DNA from: Kofleriaceae bacterium
Lineage (GTDB): Bacteria; Myxococcota_A; Polyangia; Haliangiales; Haliangiaceae
Assembly (NCBI GenBank): GCA_965215005.1
Contig: CBDCCZ010000004.1
Coordinates: 256,001 to 320,000, forward strand
Direction of reading: 5' to 3'
DNA: 64,000 bases
Part shown: positions 11,505-22,500 of the stretch, in pieces
How positions within the stretch are numbered: the stretch's first letter is position 1
How the letters are laid out: each line of letters starts with the position of its first letter
Made by a program: the position numbers and the translations under genes
The notes under the pieces: model-generated
Seen by the model: only the letters and a program-made list of their open reading frames with translations
The model's database searches: none
Told to the model about the DNA's origin: nothing

Positions 11505-12914
11505 TTAGGTTGGTGCAGGTGCGCCGGATCGCCGCTGCTCGCTTCGCGCAGCGAGGGGGAGCGTGTGGCCGCGTCGGCTCGCGCGCCTAGCACCGGCGCG
11601 GCGTTCTTTGGTCAGGGCATAGAGATAGTCGTCATAATCGACCTGCATGGTGTGACGGGCCGACTTGATGTAGCGGCGGAACATGCGCAGCCGGTCGCGG
11701 GCCATCTCGGCGCGCATCTCTGCGCGCGTGGGCAGGCAATAGTCGCCACAGAGGTAATCGGCAACCCACTTCGACTGCGCCTCGGCGAGCGGCATAATGG
11801 CTCCGAGCGGCTGGAGCAGGCCGATGAAGAACAGGTTGTCGAGGCTCGGCTCGAAGACGCGGCGGAACAGCGGCAGGTCGTTATTGGGCGCGGCGAGGAA
11901 GTCGGGGTCGAAAAACGGGAAGGTGACGTTGTAGCCGGTGCAGTAGATAATCGCATCGGCGGCTTCGGCGCTGCCGTCGGTAAAGTGAACCGTTTGGCCG
12001 TCGAGATGCGAAATGTTTGATTTGGCGATGATGTCGCCGCGACCCAGGCGAGGGAGGAATTCGCTCGAGATGGTCGGATGCGCTTGGCCGAGTTTGTGAT
12101 CGGGCGCGGGCAAGCCCCAGCGTCGCATGTCGCCCACAGCGACGCGGTGAATGAGACGCGCGGCGGGTTGCCTCAGCGACTGCGGCAGCCACGGTGGCAA
12201 GGTGAGGAGCTGGTCCATGGGCTTGCCAAAGATGTAGTGCGGGACGATGTGCGCGCTGCGGCGAGCCGCGTGGAAGACGGTTGCAGCGACGCCTCGCTGG
12301 CTGAGCTCGCAAGCGATGTCGACGGCGCTGTTGCCCATGCCCAAGACCACGACTCGAGCATCGACGAGGTCGTGCGGGGTGCGCGGGTCGATGTAGTCGT
12401 GCGAGTGCAGCTCGATGCCGTCGAAGCTGCCGGGAAACGGCGGATCTGGCCACCTCGGGTCCCAGTGGTGGCCGTTGGCAACGGCGAGAGCGTCGTAGCG
12501 GCGGGTCTGGCCGCTGTCGAGCTCGACGAGCCACACCCCATCGGGCTGTCTGCGCGCGGCAACCACTTTGGTCTCGAAGGTGATGGTGTGGCGGAGATTG
12601 AAGTGGTCGACGTAGTCGTCGAAGTACGCAGCGATCAACGAGTGGTGGGGGAAGTCTGGATAGCTCGGCGGCATCGGAAAGTCGCCGTACTCCATGCGGT
12701 CGCGCGAGGTGTTGATGTGCAGCGAGCGATACGCTGACGAGACACCGTTGGCGTTGCCAAACACCCAGTTGCCGCCAACCCGGTCGCTCGCTTCGTAACA
12801 GTCAAAAGGAATACCGCGATCGTGCAGCGCCTTGACCATTGGCAGGCCACTCGAGCCAGCACCGATGATGCATACGCGGGGCAGAGATTGCATACTGAAG
12901 ACCTCCTGCGTCAT
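11505..12914 (-). CDS. Flavin-containing monooxygenase (class B)
   Basis: GAGSSG (FAD), FDGIELHSHDY (FMO fingerprint), GMGNSA (NADPH) and YCTGY. Confidence 0.92.
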   Translation of the reverse strand: MTQEVFSMQSLPRVCIIGAGSSGLPMVKALHDRGIPFDCYEASDRVGGNWVFGNANGVSSAYRSLHINTSRDRMEYGDFPMPPSYPDFPHHSLIAAYFDDYVDHFNLRHTITFETKVVAARRQPDGVWLVELDSGQTRRYDALAVANGHHWDPRWPDPPFPGSFDGIELHSHDYIDPRTPHDLVDARVVVLGMGNSAVDIACELSQRGVAATVFHAARRSAHIVPHYIFGKPMDQLLTLPPWLPQSLRQPAARLIHRVAVGDMRRWGLPAPDHKLGQAHPTISSEFLPRLGRGDIIAKSNISHLDGQTVHFTDGSAEAADAIIYCTGYNVTFPFFDPDFLAAPNNDLPLFRRVFEPSLDNLFFIGLLQPLGAIMPLAEAQSKWVADYLCGDYCLPTRAEMRAEMARDRLRMFRRYIKSARHTMQVDYDDYLYALTKERRAGARRASRRGHTLPLAARSEQRRSGAPAPT

Positions 12915-13939
12915 TGCGCGGCGAGCGGCGCAGCGAGTAGCCGCGCGGCCTCATCTAGAGCATCGCGAGCGGCATCGACGACGCCGTCGAAGTGGATGAA
13001 AGCGTGGGTGAGGCCGGGGTGGCAGCGATAGTCCACCGCGACGTTGGCGCGCTGTAGCCGTTCTGCAAGCAGGCGGCCTTCGTCTCGAAGCGGGTCGAAT
13101 CCGGCGGTGACGAGGATGGTTGGCGGCATGCCGGCGAGCTCGGCGCTCAGTGGCGAAGCTTCGGGTTGATTGAAGTCCAGGCCTGCGGCGAAGTACTGGC
13201 TGCGAAACCAATGCATCATGTCGCGCGTGAGGATATAGCCGTTGGCGAAGGTCTCGATGGACGGGGATGAAAGGGTGGCATCAACCCACGGATAGAGAAG
13301 CCACGCCAGCGCTGGCTTGGGCACTGCTTCGGTGCACCGCAAGCACACCAAGATCGCCAGGTTGCCGCCGAGGCTGTCGCCGCCCACCGCCACTCGCTCG
13401 GGGCTCGCGCCGAGCGATGCGGCGTGCTTGCGCAGCCAGCAATAGGCGCGGAACGCATCGTCGACCGCGGCTGGAAAGCGATGCTCTGGCGCCAATCGAT
13501 AGTCTACGGAGGCGACGAGACAGCGGCTCTGCAGGGCGATGTGGCTGCACGCCGCATGATGGGTTTGGATGGAGTTGATGACGCCGCCGCCGCCGTGAAA
13601 GAACACCAACAGTCCGGCCTGCGCCGGCGCGGTGGGAGGCCGAAATAGCCGCACCGGAACACCTGCGTCGAGGTCCTGAATTTCGCAGGGAGCTGCTGGG
13701 CGCTCGGCGAGCCCGAGCAGCCGCGCCGCGGCGACGCGCGCACGGTCTAGAGGCATGCGAGTGAAATCGACAGAAAACGCGGATGCTACCGCCAGCACCA
13801 GCTGCATTTGCGGATCGAGCTCATGGCCGTCGCGGCGTGTGACTATGCCGCGGCCAAGGCCACGCAAGACGGGGCGCGGCAGGCGAGCCAATGCCGCAAG
13901 CGCGACACGCGGCACAGCATCAATGCGCGAGCGAATCAT
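12911..13939 (-). CDS. HSL-family alpha/beta hydrolase (esterase/lipase)
   Basis: HGGG, DYRLAPEH, GDSLGG, DPLRDEG and HAF motifs. Confidence 0.92.
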   Translation of the reverse strand: MIRSRIDAVPRVALAALARLPRPVLRGLGRGIVTRRDGHELDPQMQLVLAVASAFSVDFTRMPLDRARVAAARLLGLAERPAAPCEIQDLDAGVPVRLFRPPTAPAQAGLLVFFHGGGGVINSIQTHHAACSHIALQSRCLVASVDYRLAPEHRFPAAVDDAFRAYCWLRKHAASLGASPERVAVGGDSLGGNLAILVCLRCTEAVPKPALAWLLYPWVDATLSSPSIETFANGYILTRDMMHWFRSQYFAAGLDFNQPEASPLSAELAGMPPTILVTAGFDPLRDEGRLLAERLQRANVAVDYRCHPGLTHAFIHFDGVVDAARDALDEAARLLAAPLAAQ

Positions 13940-14151
13940 TTCTCCTCGGGGTCCCGGCGACGGACCAGACGGTTAGCGGGCACCAGCGCCTCGGGCTTGG
14001 GCGATAGCGCGACCGGATCGAGGTTGGTGGTGCCGCAGTAGAAGCAGGCCCCGTTCAAGATGACCTCGTGCTCACAGTGGCCGCAGCGCTGGCAGAAGCC
14101 TGCCTCGAGCTCAGGAGCGTCGCAGCATGGATGTGGGAGAGGCGTGGTCAA
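13936..14151 (-). CDS. Small Cys-rich putative metal-binding protein
   Basis: CC, CQRCGHCEH and CFYCG in 71 aa. Overlaps the recD stop (TTGA) and the esterase start (ATGA). Confidence 0.65.
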   Translation of the reverse strand: MTTPLPHPCCDAPELEAGFCQRCGHCEHEVILNGACFYCGTTNLDPVALSPKPEALVPANRLVRRRDPEEK

Positions 14152-16121
14152 CGGCGAAGCTTCTCGGCGAGTCCAGAAAACCGCTCCACGGGTCGCTGCA
14201 CGGCCCGCTCGAGCAGCGAGCGCGAGCCAACGACAACCGCGGAGCGACGCGCGCGGGTGATTGCAGTGTAGAGCATCTCGCGGGTCAGCAAAGGCAAGTC
14301 GGTGGTTGGCAGGAGGATCGTCACCTGGTCGAGCTCGGAGCCTTGGCTCTTGTGCACGGTCATGGCGAAGGCCAGCTCGAGGTGCTGACGCAGGGCATCG
14401 ATTGGGAATGGCACGAGCTCGCCGCCGCGCCCGAACACCGCGCGAAAGCTCTGGCGGCCGTCATCGTCGCGCACCCGTGCGATGACGCCCTGGTCACCAT
14501 TGAACAAGCCGCGCGCATAGTCGTTCTGGCGGATCAACACCGGCTCACCCGGATAGAACTCCGTCTGCAGTGATAACCCGGTCCCCGACAAGAGCTCCTG
14601 ATGCAAGATGCGATTGATCGCCACGGAGCCGGTGGCAAAGCGACGGGTGACGGTGAGAATGCGACTGCGCTGATAGATCGCCAGGAGCCGGCGAAGCGCG
14701 GCTTCGTCGTCAGCCGCCCAGCCGCCGTGGTGATGGCGGTACTCGTGTGCTGCCAGGGATGCCAGGTCGGGGTGCTCGGCGATGCGGGTGCGGTACCAAT
14801 GCTCCACCACTTCCAGCGGTGGCGTGTTCTCAACATATTCGATTCCGCGATATTCGAGATGCTCGAGCCGATCGCGCTGCGCCTCCAGAATGGGTTGCGC
14901 CCGTCCGAGGTTGACGGCGCGCGCGGCGGCGAGGACCGAGCGCCCACTTGGATCGGCCGGATCCATGCGAAAGCTCTTGGTGAGCCGAATCGCGGCGTCT
15001 CCGAGTCCGGCGATGAGCTCGCGCAGCACCGCGCCGGCGTCGACCGACGGCAGCTGCTCGGCATCGCCGAGAAGGATCACGCGCATGGTCGCTGGCACTG
15101 CGCGCAGCAGGCGCTCGGCGAGGCCCAGGTCGATCATCGAGGCTTCGTCGACGATCAGCAGCTCACCGGCGAGCGGGTTGTTGTCATGGTGGAAAAATCG
15201 ATCGCTGCTGGCGGAATAGCCGAGCAGACGGTGCAGGGTCTGCGCAGCAGGCAATTCGAGCAGCTTGGTGTCGCAAGGGTGGGGATCGATGAGCGTCGCG
15301 AGCGGCTCCCGAATGGCCTCACTCAATCGATTGGCGGCTTTGCCGGTGGGCGCTGCCAGGGCAATGGCGGCGGGCTGCAGACCGAGTCGGCACAGCGTGC
15401 GGAGAATCGACACCACCACCGAGGTCTTGCCGGTGCCTGGACCTCCGGAAATCACCGTCAGCGGCGCGGATGCAGCACGTCGCACCGCACTCACTTGCTC
15501 CGGCGAAAGCGCCAAGGGCATGCCGTTGCGATGGGCGGGTCGAGCCACGACTTCCTCTAACGCGCGCTCGACGTCGCCAGCCATCGCCAGCGGCCGAGCC
15601 AACAGCGCACGCAGCCGCCGCGCCAGCTCGTCTTCGCACCACAGCAAGCGATGCTGATACAGATAGTGGCCGTCGCTGATGAGCGGCGCATAGCTGCCAG
15701 GGCTGCCTATGATGCCGCTAAAGGTGGAGCCCTCGCTCAGCAGTCGGCGGATCCGTTTGAGCACTGCTTGACGGTCGAGCTCGAGCCCGCCGGCGCGAGC
15801 GATGGCGGCAATTACGCCGCCGAGATAGCCGGTTGAGGTGGTGGCGGTGGGAATGCGGGTCGAGCCGTTGCTCGCCGCGATCATGCTGGCGAGCACGAGC
15901 AGAGCCTCGGCTTCGCGCTCTTCACCGCTGAGGTGCCAGCTGCGTTGCACCAGCTCGCGCGCCAGGTACAGACTTTCATCGCCCAGGTCGTGCTCGCGAG
16001 CACCGGCAGCAACGCGCAGAAGGAACGTCTCTAGCGGATCCTCGGCTGCCGGCAGACCCCTGCTCTGGAGGTAATGCAGTCGGGCGGTGCCGGTCGCGGA
16101 GAACCCCGCGGGGCGACTCAC
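14148..16121 (-). CDS. recD: Exodeoxyribonuclease V alpha subunit
   Basis: GGPGTGKT, APTGKAA, TLHRLL, VDEASMID, GDAEQLPSV, TVHKSQGSE and LYTAITRAR. GTG start overlaps the recB stop. Confidence 0.93.
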   Translation of the reverse strand: MSRPAGFSATGTARLHYLQSRGLPAAEDPLETFLLRVAAGAREHDLGDESLYLARELVQRSWHLSGEEREAEALLVLASMIAASNGSTRIPTATTSTGYLGGVIAAIARAGGLELDRQAVLKRIRRLLSEGSTFSGIIGSPGSYAPLISDGHYLYQHRLLWCEDELARRLRALLARPLAMAGDVERALEEVVARPAHRNGMPLALSPEQVSAVRRAASAPLTVISGGPGTGKTSVVVSILRTLCRLGLQPAAIALAAPTGKAANRLSEAIREPLATLIDPHPCDTKLLELPAAQTLHRLLGYSASSDRFFHHDNNPLAGELLIVDEASMIDLGLAERLLRAVPATMRVILLGDAEQLPSVDAGAVLRELIAGLGDAAIRLTKSFRMDPADPSGRSVLAAARAVNLGRAQPILEAQRDRLEHLEYRGIEYVENTPPLEVVEHWYRTRIAEHPDLASLAAHEYRHHHGGWAADDEAALRRLLAIYQRSRILTVTRRFATGSVAINRILHQELLSGTGLSLQTEFYPGEPVLIRQNDYARGLFNGDQGVIARVRDDDGRQSFRAVFGRGGELVPFPIDALRQHLELAFAMTVHKSQGSELDQVTILLPTTDLPLLTREMLYTAITRARRSAVVVGSRSLLERAVQRPVERFSGLAEKLRR

Positions 16122-19100
16122 AGCGTGTCTCCTCGAGCGAGCCGCTCGCTCGCCTCGAGCAAACCTCGCCACGTTGGTCGCTCGATATGACACCGCGGAC
16201 CGCCGCGCAGGAACTGAAAGATCAGCCCGCCACAGCGGCGCTCATAGTCGCTTTCGTCGGTGACATCGAGCGTGCGCACGAGGGCCAGGCTGTACACCAG
16301 CGCCTGCAACGTATAGCTGCTGGCGACGTGCGCCTCAATCGCGCTCGTCTCCCAGGACTCGAGGACGTCGCTCTTATAGTCGAGCAAATAGATGCGTTCG
16401 TCGCTCTCGAACAACACGTCGATGAAGCCTTTGACGTAGCCTTGCTGTCCCGCTGGCGCGATGGCAAATAGGAACTCGGTCTCGCGCAGCAAGCGCTGGT
16501 GGTGGCAGAGTGGCGGAAGCCGCAAGGTGCCGCAGTCGATCGGGCTAGTGAGCGCGTGCCACACCAGCTCCTCGGCGTGGCCGCGGTGTGCAGGCTCTTG
16601 CTGATGGCGCCGCATCGCCTCGGAGACCAGCGCAGCGACGTCGGGGTGGGCGCGAAACGCCTCAAGACTGCTATCGCGGGCGGCAGCCAGCGGGATGTGC
16701 TCGAGGACCTCGTGCAGGAACACGCCGACCGCCGCGCCACCGGGCAGCTCGTGCGCGGAAGCCGCGCCGCCTCCGAGCCGCTCTGCAAATGCGGCAGGCG
16801 CCGTGAGCAGAGCATCGCTTTGACGTTGCTCGTGCTTGAGGCGGGTGTATGAGGTGATGACGAAGCCGGCGCGCTCGCTCCGCATGCGCTCGTAGAATGC
16901 CTTGCTAGGAGCCGGTGCAGGCAGAGTCGACGGTAGCCAGCCGGCAAGGGAGCGATCGGGCGCGTTGCGAGTGCGGCGCGCATCCACGTCGACGCGGCGG
17001 CGCTCGAAGAGCTTCGCAAGTGCGGCATCGGGTGGACTTGCGGCGAGCGCGTCGGCGATGGGCACGACGCGGCGATGGATGCAGGCGTAGGCGCCGCTGC
17101 AAGACGGCGGTACCGGCAGATACAGTCGAGCTTTGGCCCGAGTGAGCGCCACGTACATCAGCCGCTCGTCCTCGCCGCGACTCTCGCTGGCAATGTGCGC
17201 CTTCACCTCATCGCTCGCCTTACCGGCATGCACCATGCGGCGGCCGGCTTCATCGTGAAATACGTTTAGCGAGTCGTTTGACGAATTGATTCCGCCATAA
17301 ATGAAGACGACGGCGGCTTCCAGGCCCTTGGCGCGGTGAACGGTCATGACCTGCACAGCGGCGCGATCACTCTCGAGCCGCTGGATGCCGGTAGTGTCGA
17401 GGGTATCTTGCTCGAGCCCATCGATCCGTCGCTGCAGGCGCATGACCAGCTCACCCAGGTCGCACCGGGTTCGCATCGTCTCCTCGAGAATCAGCTCGAA
17501 GAGATGCAGGATGTTGGTGATGGCTCGCTCGCTGCCGTCGAGCAGCAGGAGTCGCTCGATGATGCGACTATCCGCGAGGATTTGCGCGAGCAGAGACGGA
17601 TACTCCATCGCGTCGGCGAGCGCTCTCCAGTCGTGCAGACGCTGCAGCAGCGGGTGGTCATCTGCGACCTCGGCCACGCGTGGCAACATCGATAGCGGCA
17701 CGTCGAAGAATCGCGTGTTCCACGCTGCCAGCCGGACCGCTGGATCGCCGAGCTCGGCAATGGCCCGCAAGACGTCGCGGACCTCGCGCGCCTCGTTGGT
17801 CTGCCACAGCCCTTCTTGTTTGTAGATGGCGCATGGGATGCCAGCGGCGCGCAGCGCGGCGATCACGTCGTGGGACTCGGCGACCGACCGCGTGAGGACG
17901 AAGATGTCGGAAGGCTGCACTGGCTGCATCGCCCCCGGCGGGCCGACGCAGAGCCCTTCCTCGCCGAGCAGCGCGGCGATCTCGGATGCGATGGCGTTCA
18001 CGAGCGCGGCCTTGAGGCGCGGCGCGGTCGGCTTCTTCTCGGCGCTCTCCAGACACAACAGCACCGCCGGCGTGGCCTCGCCAGTCGCTGCTATGCCGGC
18101 GCCAAGCGGGGCCGCGGCGGTGACCGGATGATCGTAGCGGATGCCGCCGGAAAAGAAGGACTGGGGGTCGTTGGCGAAGATGTGGTTGTAGGCCGCGACG
18201 ACGCCGGCGGTGGAGCGCCAGTTGTCGGTCAAGTGGGTGCGGCGGCCGCCTCGCTCGAGCACCTCGCGAGTTGCTTGTAAATAGGTGAACACGTCGGCGC
18301 CGCGAAATCCGTAGATGGCTTGTTTGGGGTCGCCGATGAGCGTGAGCTGCGCGCCGCGCGCTTCGAGGAATAGCCGGCGGAAGATGGCCCACTGAATGGG
18401 ATCGGTGTCTTGAAATTCGTCGATGAGAGCGCAGCGATAGCGGCTGCGGAGCCGCTGCGCGAGCTCTTGGCCACTGGGACCTTCGAGCGCGCGCCAAACC
18501 AGGGTGAGCATGTCGCCGAAGTCGAACTGGCCGCGAGAGTCTTTGTGCGCGCGGAGGCGGGCGCGAACGACGGGCAGAAACTGCTGCGCGACCGCAGCCT
18601 GCAGCGGCACAGCGGCCGCCGCGAGCCCTTCGCACGCCTGCCGCAGCGCTGCGAGATTGCCGCCGGCCGGTAGCTTCTTGAGGAGGTAGAGGAGCACCTC
18701 GCTCGCGTTGAGTCGCTCGAGCAGCAGGAGCTCGTCGGGCGGCGACGTACTTGAGTATTCATCTAGGAGCGCGCGGAGCTGGCTGAGTCGCTTGAGGAGC
18801 GCGTTGATAGTTCCCGTTGGGACCTTTAGCTCCTTGAGGGCGCGGCGAAACACCGCATCGCCGGCGCTCAAGTCGGGAACTTCGGCGCTTGCTGCGCTTG
18901 CTGCCGCGTGCAGCGTCTCGCTCGAGAACGGCGGCACCAGCTCGGAGGTCTCGCCGAGCTTGGCGGCGCAGCGATATAAGAGCGTCTCGAGGTCGCTGAG
19001 GGATTTGACTTGGAGCCACGCCCGTAGATAGCGCCGGTGAACTGGATCGGTGGCCAGCTCGCTGCGCACGCAGTCGAGGAATGCTCGCTCGAACGCGACC

Positions 19101-19534
19101 GAGTCGGTGACTTGCTGCTGCTCAAAGAGGCGCCTGCTGGCAAAGGCGTTGTCGGTGAGAACGCCCTGGCAGAAGCCGTGAATGGTGTGAATCGCGGCGC
19201 GGTCGAAGCTGGCGATGGCGCCCGCGAGGCGGCTTCTGGCGGCGTCGTCGATGCGCCAATGCGGCTCGTCGGGAGCGGCGCGATGTTCGTTTGATTGCGC
19301 GATAGCGATTAGCAGCGCGCGGACCCGGACCTGCAGCTCGCGGGTCGCTTTTTCCGTGAAAGTGACGACCAAGATTTGCGGCAGCTCGAGGTGACCGCGC
19401 AGCAGCAAATCGACCACGCGGTGCTCGAGGAGGTAGGTCTTGCCGGTGCCCGCCGATGCCTCGATGACGTGGTTCTTGGCGGGATCGAGGCTGGCGAGCA
19501 CCCGCGGCATTGGATAGCGCACCAGCTCAGCCAT
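16118..19534 (-). CDS. recB: Exodeoxyribonuclease V beta subunit
   Basis: EASAGTGKT, TIHGFC, IDEFQDTD, GDPKQAIYGFRGAD, YVALTRA and the nuclease motif GFIDVLF...LLDYKS. Confidence 0.94.
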   Translation of the reverse strand: MAELVRYPMPRVLASLDPAKNHVIEASAGTGKTYLLEHRVVDLLLRGHLELPQILVVTFTEKATRELQVRVRALLIAIAQSNEHRAAPDEPHWRIDDAARSRLAGAIASFDRAAIHTIHGFCQGVLTDNAFASRRLFEQQQVTDSVAFERAFLDCVRSELATDPVHRRYLRAWLQVKSLSDLETLLYRCAAKLGETSELVPPFSSETLHAAASAASAEVPDLSAGDAVFRRALKELKVPTGTINALLKRLSQLRALLDEYSSTSPPDELLLLERLNASEVLLYLLKKLPAGGNLAALRQACEGLAAAAVPLQAAVAQQFLPVVRARLRAHKDSRGQFDFGDMLTLVWRALEGPSGQELAQRLRSRYRCALIDEFQDTDPIQWAIFRRLFLEARGAQLTLIGDPKQAIYGFRGADVFTYLQATREVLERGGRRTHLTDNWRSTAGVVAAYNHIFANDPQSFFSGGIRYDHPVTAAAPLGAGIAATGEATPAVLLCLESAEKKPTAPRLKAALVNAIASEIAALLGEEGLCVGPPGAMQPVQPSDIFVLTRSVAESHDVIAALRAAGIPCAIYKQEGLWQTNEAREVRDVLRAIAELGDPAVRLAAWNTRFFDVPLSMLPRVAEVADDHPLLQRLHDWRALADAMEYPSLLAQILADSRIIERLLLLDGSERAITNILHLFELILEETMRTRCDLGELVMRLQRRIDGLEQDTLDTTGIQRLESDRAAVQVMTVHRAKGLEAAVVFIYGGINSSNDSLNVFHDEAGRRMVHAGKASDEVKAHIASESRGEDERLMYVALTRAKARLYLPVPPSCSGAYACIHRRVVPIADALAASPPDAALAKLFERRRVDVDARRTRNAPDRSLAGWLPSTLPAPAPSKAFYERMRSERAGFVITSYTRLKHEQRQSDALLTAPAAFAERLGGGAASAHELPGGAAVGVFLHEVLEHIPLAAARDSSLEAFRAHPDVAALVSEAMRRHQQEPAHRGHAEELVWHALTSPIDCGTLRLPPLCHHQRLLRETEFLFAIAPAGQQGYVKGFIDVLFESDERIYLLDYKSDVLESWETSAIEAHVASSYTLQALVYSLALVRTLDVTDESDYERRCGGLIFQFLRGGPRCHIERPTWRGLLEASERLARGDTL

Positions 19535-22500
19535 GACGCTCCTTGCTCCAGCGCTGCAGTATCGGCTCGAGGCGGCGCAGGGCCATTTCCTCGGCATCGC
19601 GCGGCGGCTGTAGCTGGTCCCGCCGCGACACCGGCCCGTAGTCGTCCGAGCAACGCTGTTGCGAGCTCGCGACCGCAGCGATATCGGCGCGCAAGCTGCT
19701 TCCGCGGCCTTTCTCCCACTTTAGGACCACTTCGATGGGCAGCAGATATTCGTGGGTGCTGCCGAGCAGCTCGGTAGCCAGCATCGCGAGATAGTCCCTG
19801 GCCTCCTCTGGTTGCCAACGTTGAAAGCGATGCTGCTCCACGCTCTCGTCGCTCAGCACGGTGACCAGGTGCGGCTCGGGCGCCAGTTGCCCCGCCGCAC
19901 ACAGAACCACGTGATCGAACGCGCCGCGGATGGCGTGCTTGGGCTCAGGCTTGCGCGTTGCCATGACCACGGTTCCGGCGCCTCCGCCGACGACGCTGAC
20001 CCCGCCGGTGAGACTGACCCGCGTCGCGGCACTGGCACCCGCCAGCTGGCAGTTGAGCTCGATGGGCTCGAGCAGCGTTGCCGCCGCGGCGTGCTCGCGA
20101 CCGTGGCCAAAGGTCGGGCGATGAAACTGCAACGAGCTGCTGCCCACCACGCTTTCGAGTTGCTCGTGCCAGGCGTAAAGGCGCGCCAGATGGCGCTGGC
20201 GCTCGACCTCCGCAAACAGGCCCGTTGGGGCGCCGCGGCCGCGTTCGTGCAGCGTAGCGCGTTCGCGATACAGCCGGTCGAGCGCCTCGCGATCGCCGGG
20301 GCTTGCGAGTAGATGCTGGGCGAATAGCTCGCGAAGGAAACTTACCTCGCGCAAGAACTCCGTGGCGAAGGCCTCGTCCTGACGCGACGCTAAATCCTCG
20401 AGATCTCCTTCACGCAGGCGCAACACCCAGCTCGCCCACGCTTGCAGCGGCGACTCGAGAAACTTGCGCAGCGCCGAAAGCGGCAGGGTCAGCGCCGGCG
20501 GCGGCTCCGGCACCGCCAGCTCTTCGACGTCAACGAGCCCGACCAGCTGGCGCACGTCTGCAAAGGCCGGTCGCTGCAGGGCGCTTCGCAGCGCATCGTA
20601 GCTGGGCATCGCCATAGACTGCGTGGTGAGATGATGCTCGAGTTGCTCGCGCAGCGCCGCTGCCAGCCGCTGCCTCGCCGCCGCCTCAGACACGTCACTC
20701 AGTGCCTGTTGCACGGGCTCGTCGTACTGCCGCAGTGGGTGATGAATGATCGCCGACTCGCCTAGCATGGCGAGGAGCTCGGAGATGACCGGCGAGGGCT
20801 CGAGGGCGTCGCCGGTTTGCGAGTCGCGCGCCACATACGACAGGATCAGCGCGTCGCGAGCCGATAGCAGCGTCTCGAGGAATAGATAGCGGTCGCGTTC
20901 GGCGGGGGTGAGGTCGCCGGCTCGGCGCTGGGCGGCGCGGAGATCGAGCGGGCTCTCACGCTCGATCGCGGGGAATACGCCCTCGCCGAGGCCGCATGCA
21001 AAGATGACCCGAAACGGCAGTGGCCGCATGGGCAATAGCGGCGCAACCATAACACCTTCCGCGAGAAGCTCTCCAGCGGCGCTGCGAAGGCCGGCGAGCC
21101 GCTCACGCAGCAACTCACTGGCGATGCGATAGCCAACGGGACGGCCGTCGACGTCGGCAGCGGCGAGACTATCGATGGCCGTGCGACAGCGCGCCAAGCC
21201 TGCGGCTGCTTCGTCGTCATCGGCCGCTAAATAGGTAGTGGCGACGGTGTCGAGCAAGGCGCGCCACTCGGTGAGCGATAGCTTCTGCGCGCGGAGAAAT
21301 CGTGCATCGCTTATGAGCGAGCGCGCCAACACCGCGAATCGCGCGGCGCTCGGCAGCTGCGCGGGCGGTACCTCCTCGGGAAGATAGTGCCGGCCATCGA
21401 GGACGACCGTGCGGGCGAGCCCAGAGCGCTCGGCGGCCATGAATGCGCCGAACGCCAGGCGCAGGATTCCTTGATCCCAGTGAAATTTTTCGCCGGTGTG
21501 ATAGCCGCCGGTGTGATCATCGGCGTCGGCGCCGTAGTAGATATCGAGCCTCTCGCTCCACTGCACCCAGTGGCTGGGATCGACGTCGGCGAACCGGCTG
21601 ATGACGGCGGGATGACAGAGAATCGCCAGCATCTCGGGCCTGCTGAACTGCCCCAGCGGCAGCGCCAGAAGCAGCTCGAGAGCCTCGACCATTCTCCGGC
21701 CACGCTCGAGCGGCAGGTCGACGACGTGGAAGGGGAGCTGGTGAAAGGCACCGAACACGGCCGGCAGGTGCGCCTGGTAGAGATCGTGCTCGCTGCGGCT
21801 CACGTACAGGGCGACATCGCAGAAGCGTAGGGTGGGATCGCGCTGCATCCGCCGCCATATCTCGCTAGCAATGAGCTCGAGCTCACGTTGCACGCCCGAG
21901 CAGGCGTGGACCGTGATGGAGTCGTCGGCGGGAATCGGTTTCTGCGGCTCGCGAAACAGGATGTGGCGTTGCAGGCGAGTGAGCGCGCTATCGCCGCGCT
22001 GCAACGGATCGACGAAGCGCGGCTCGAAGTCGCAGTCGGTGAGCTGGTTGAGCAGGCGCACGGTCTCGCGCCCTGGGCGTCCCCATAGCCGCAGGGCAGG
22101 AGTGTCGACGTCGTCACTGGCGTTGGCTTCGCCGCGACGCGCGAGGCGCCGACGAAGCCGTTCCTCCTCCCACTCGCTGCGCACGTCTTCCCAAAATTCC
22201 ATGCACGGGTTGAGGGCGTAGACGTGGAGCTCGAGCTCTCCTGCAAGCTGCGCCAAGATGCGCTGATAGACCGGCGCCAAGTAGGAGAAGCCGATGACGA
22301 AGGCGCGCCGCGGCAGCGCGAGGTCGGCGGGATCGAGAGCGCCCAGCAGCGAGCTGGCGGCGAGCCAGCGCTCGCCGGTCTCGGCCTGCCGCTGAGCGCT
22401 GAGGCCGCCGGGGCCGAGGATCGCCAGGTACAGGGCCCGTTGCCACACCTCGACTTGGGCGAGCTGGCTGTCGCCGAGCTCGAGACGGCTCGACCAGGCC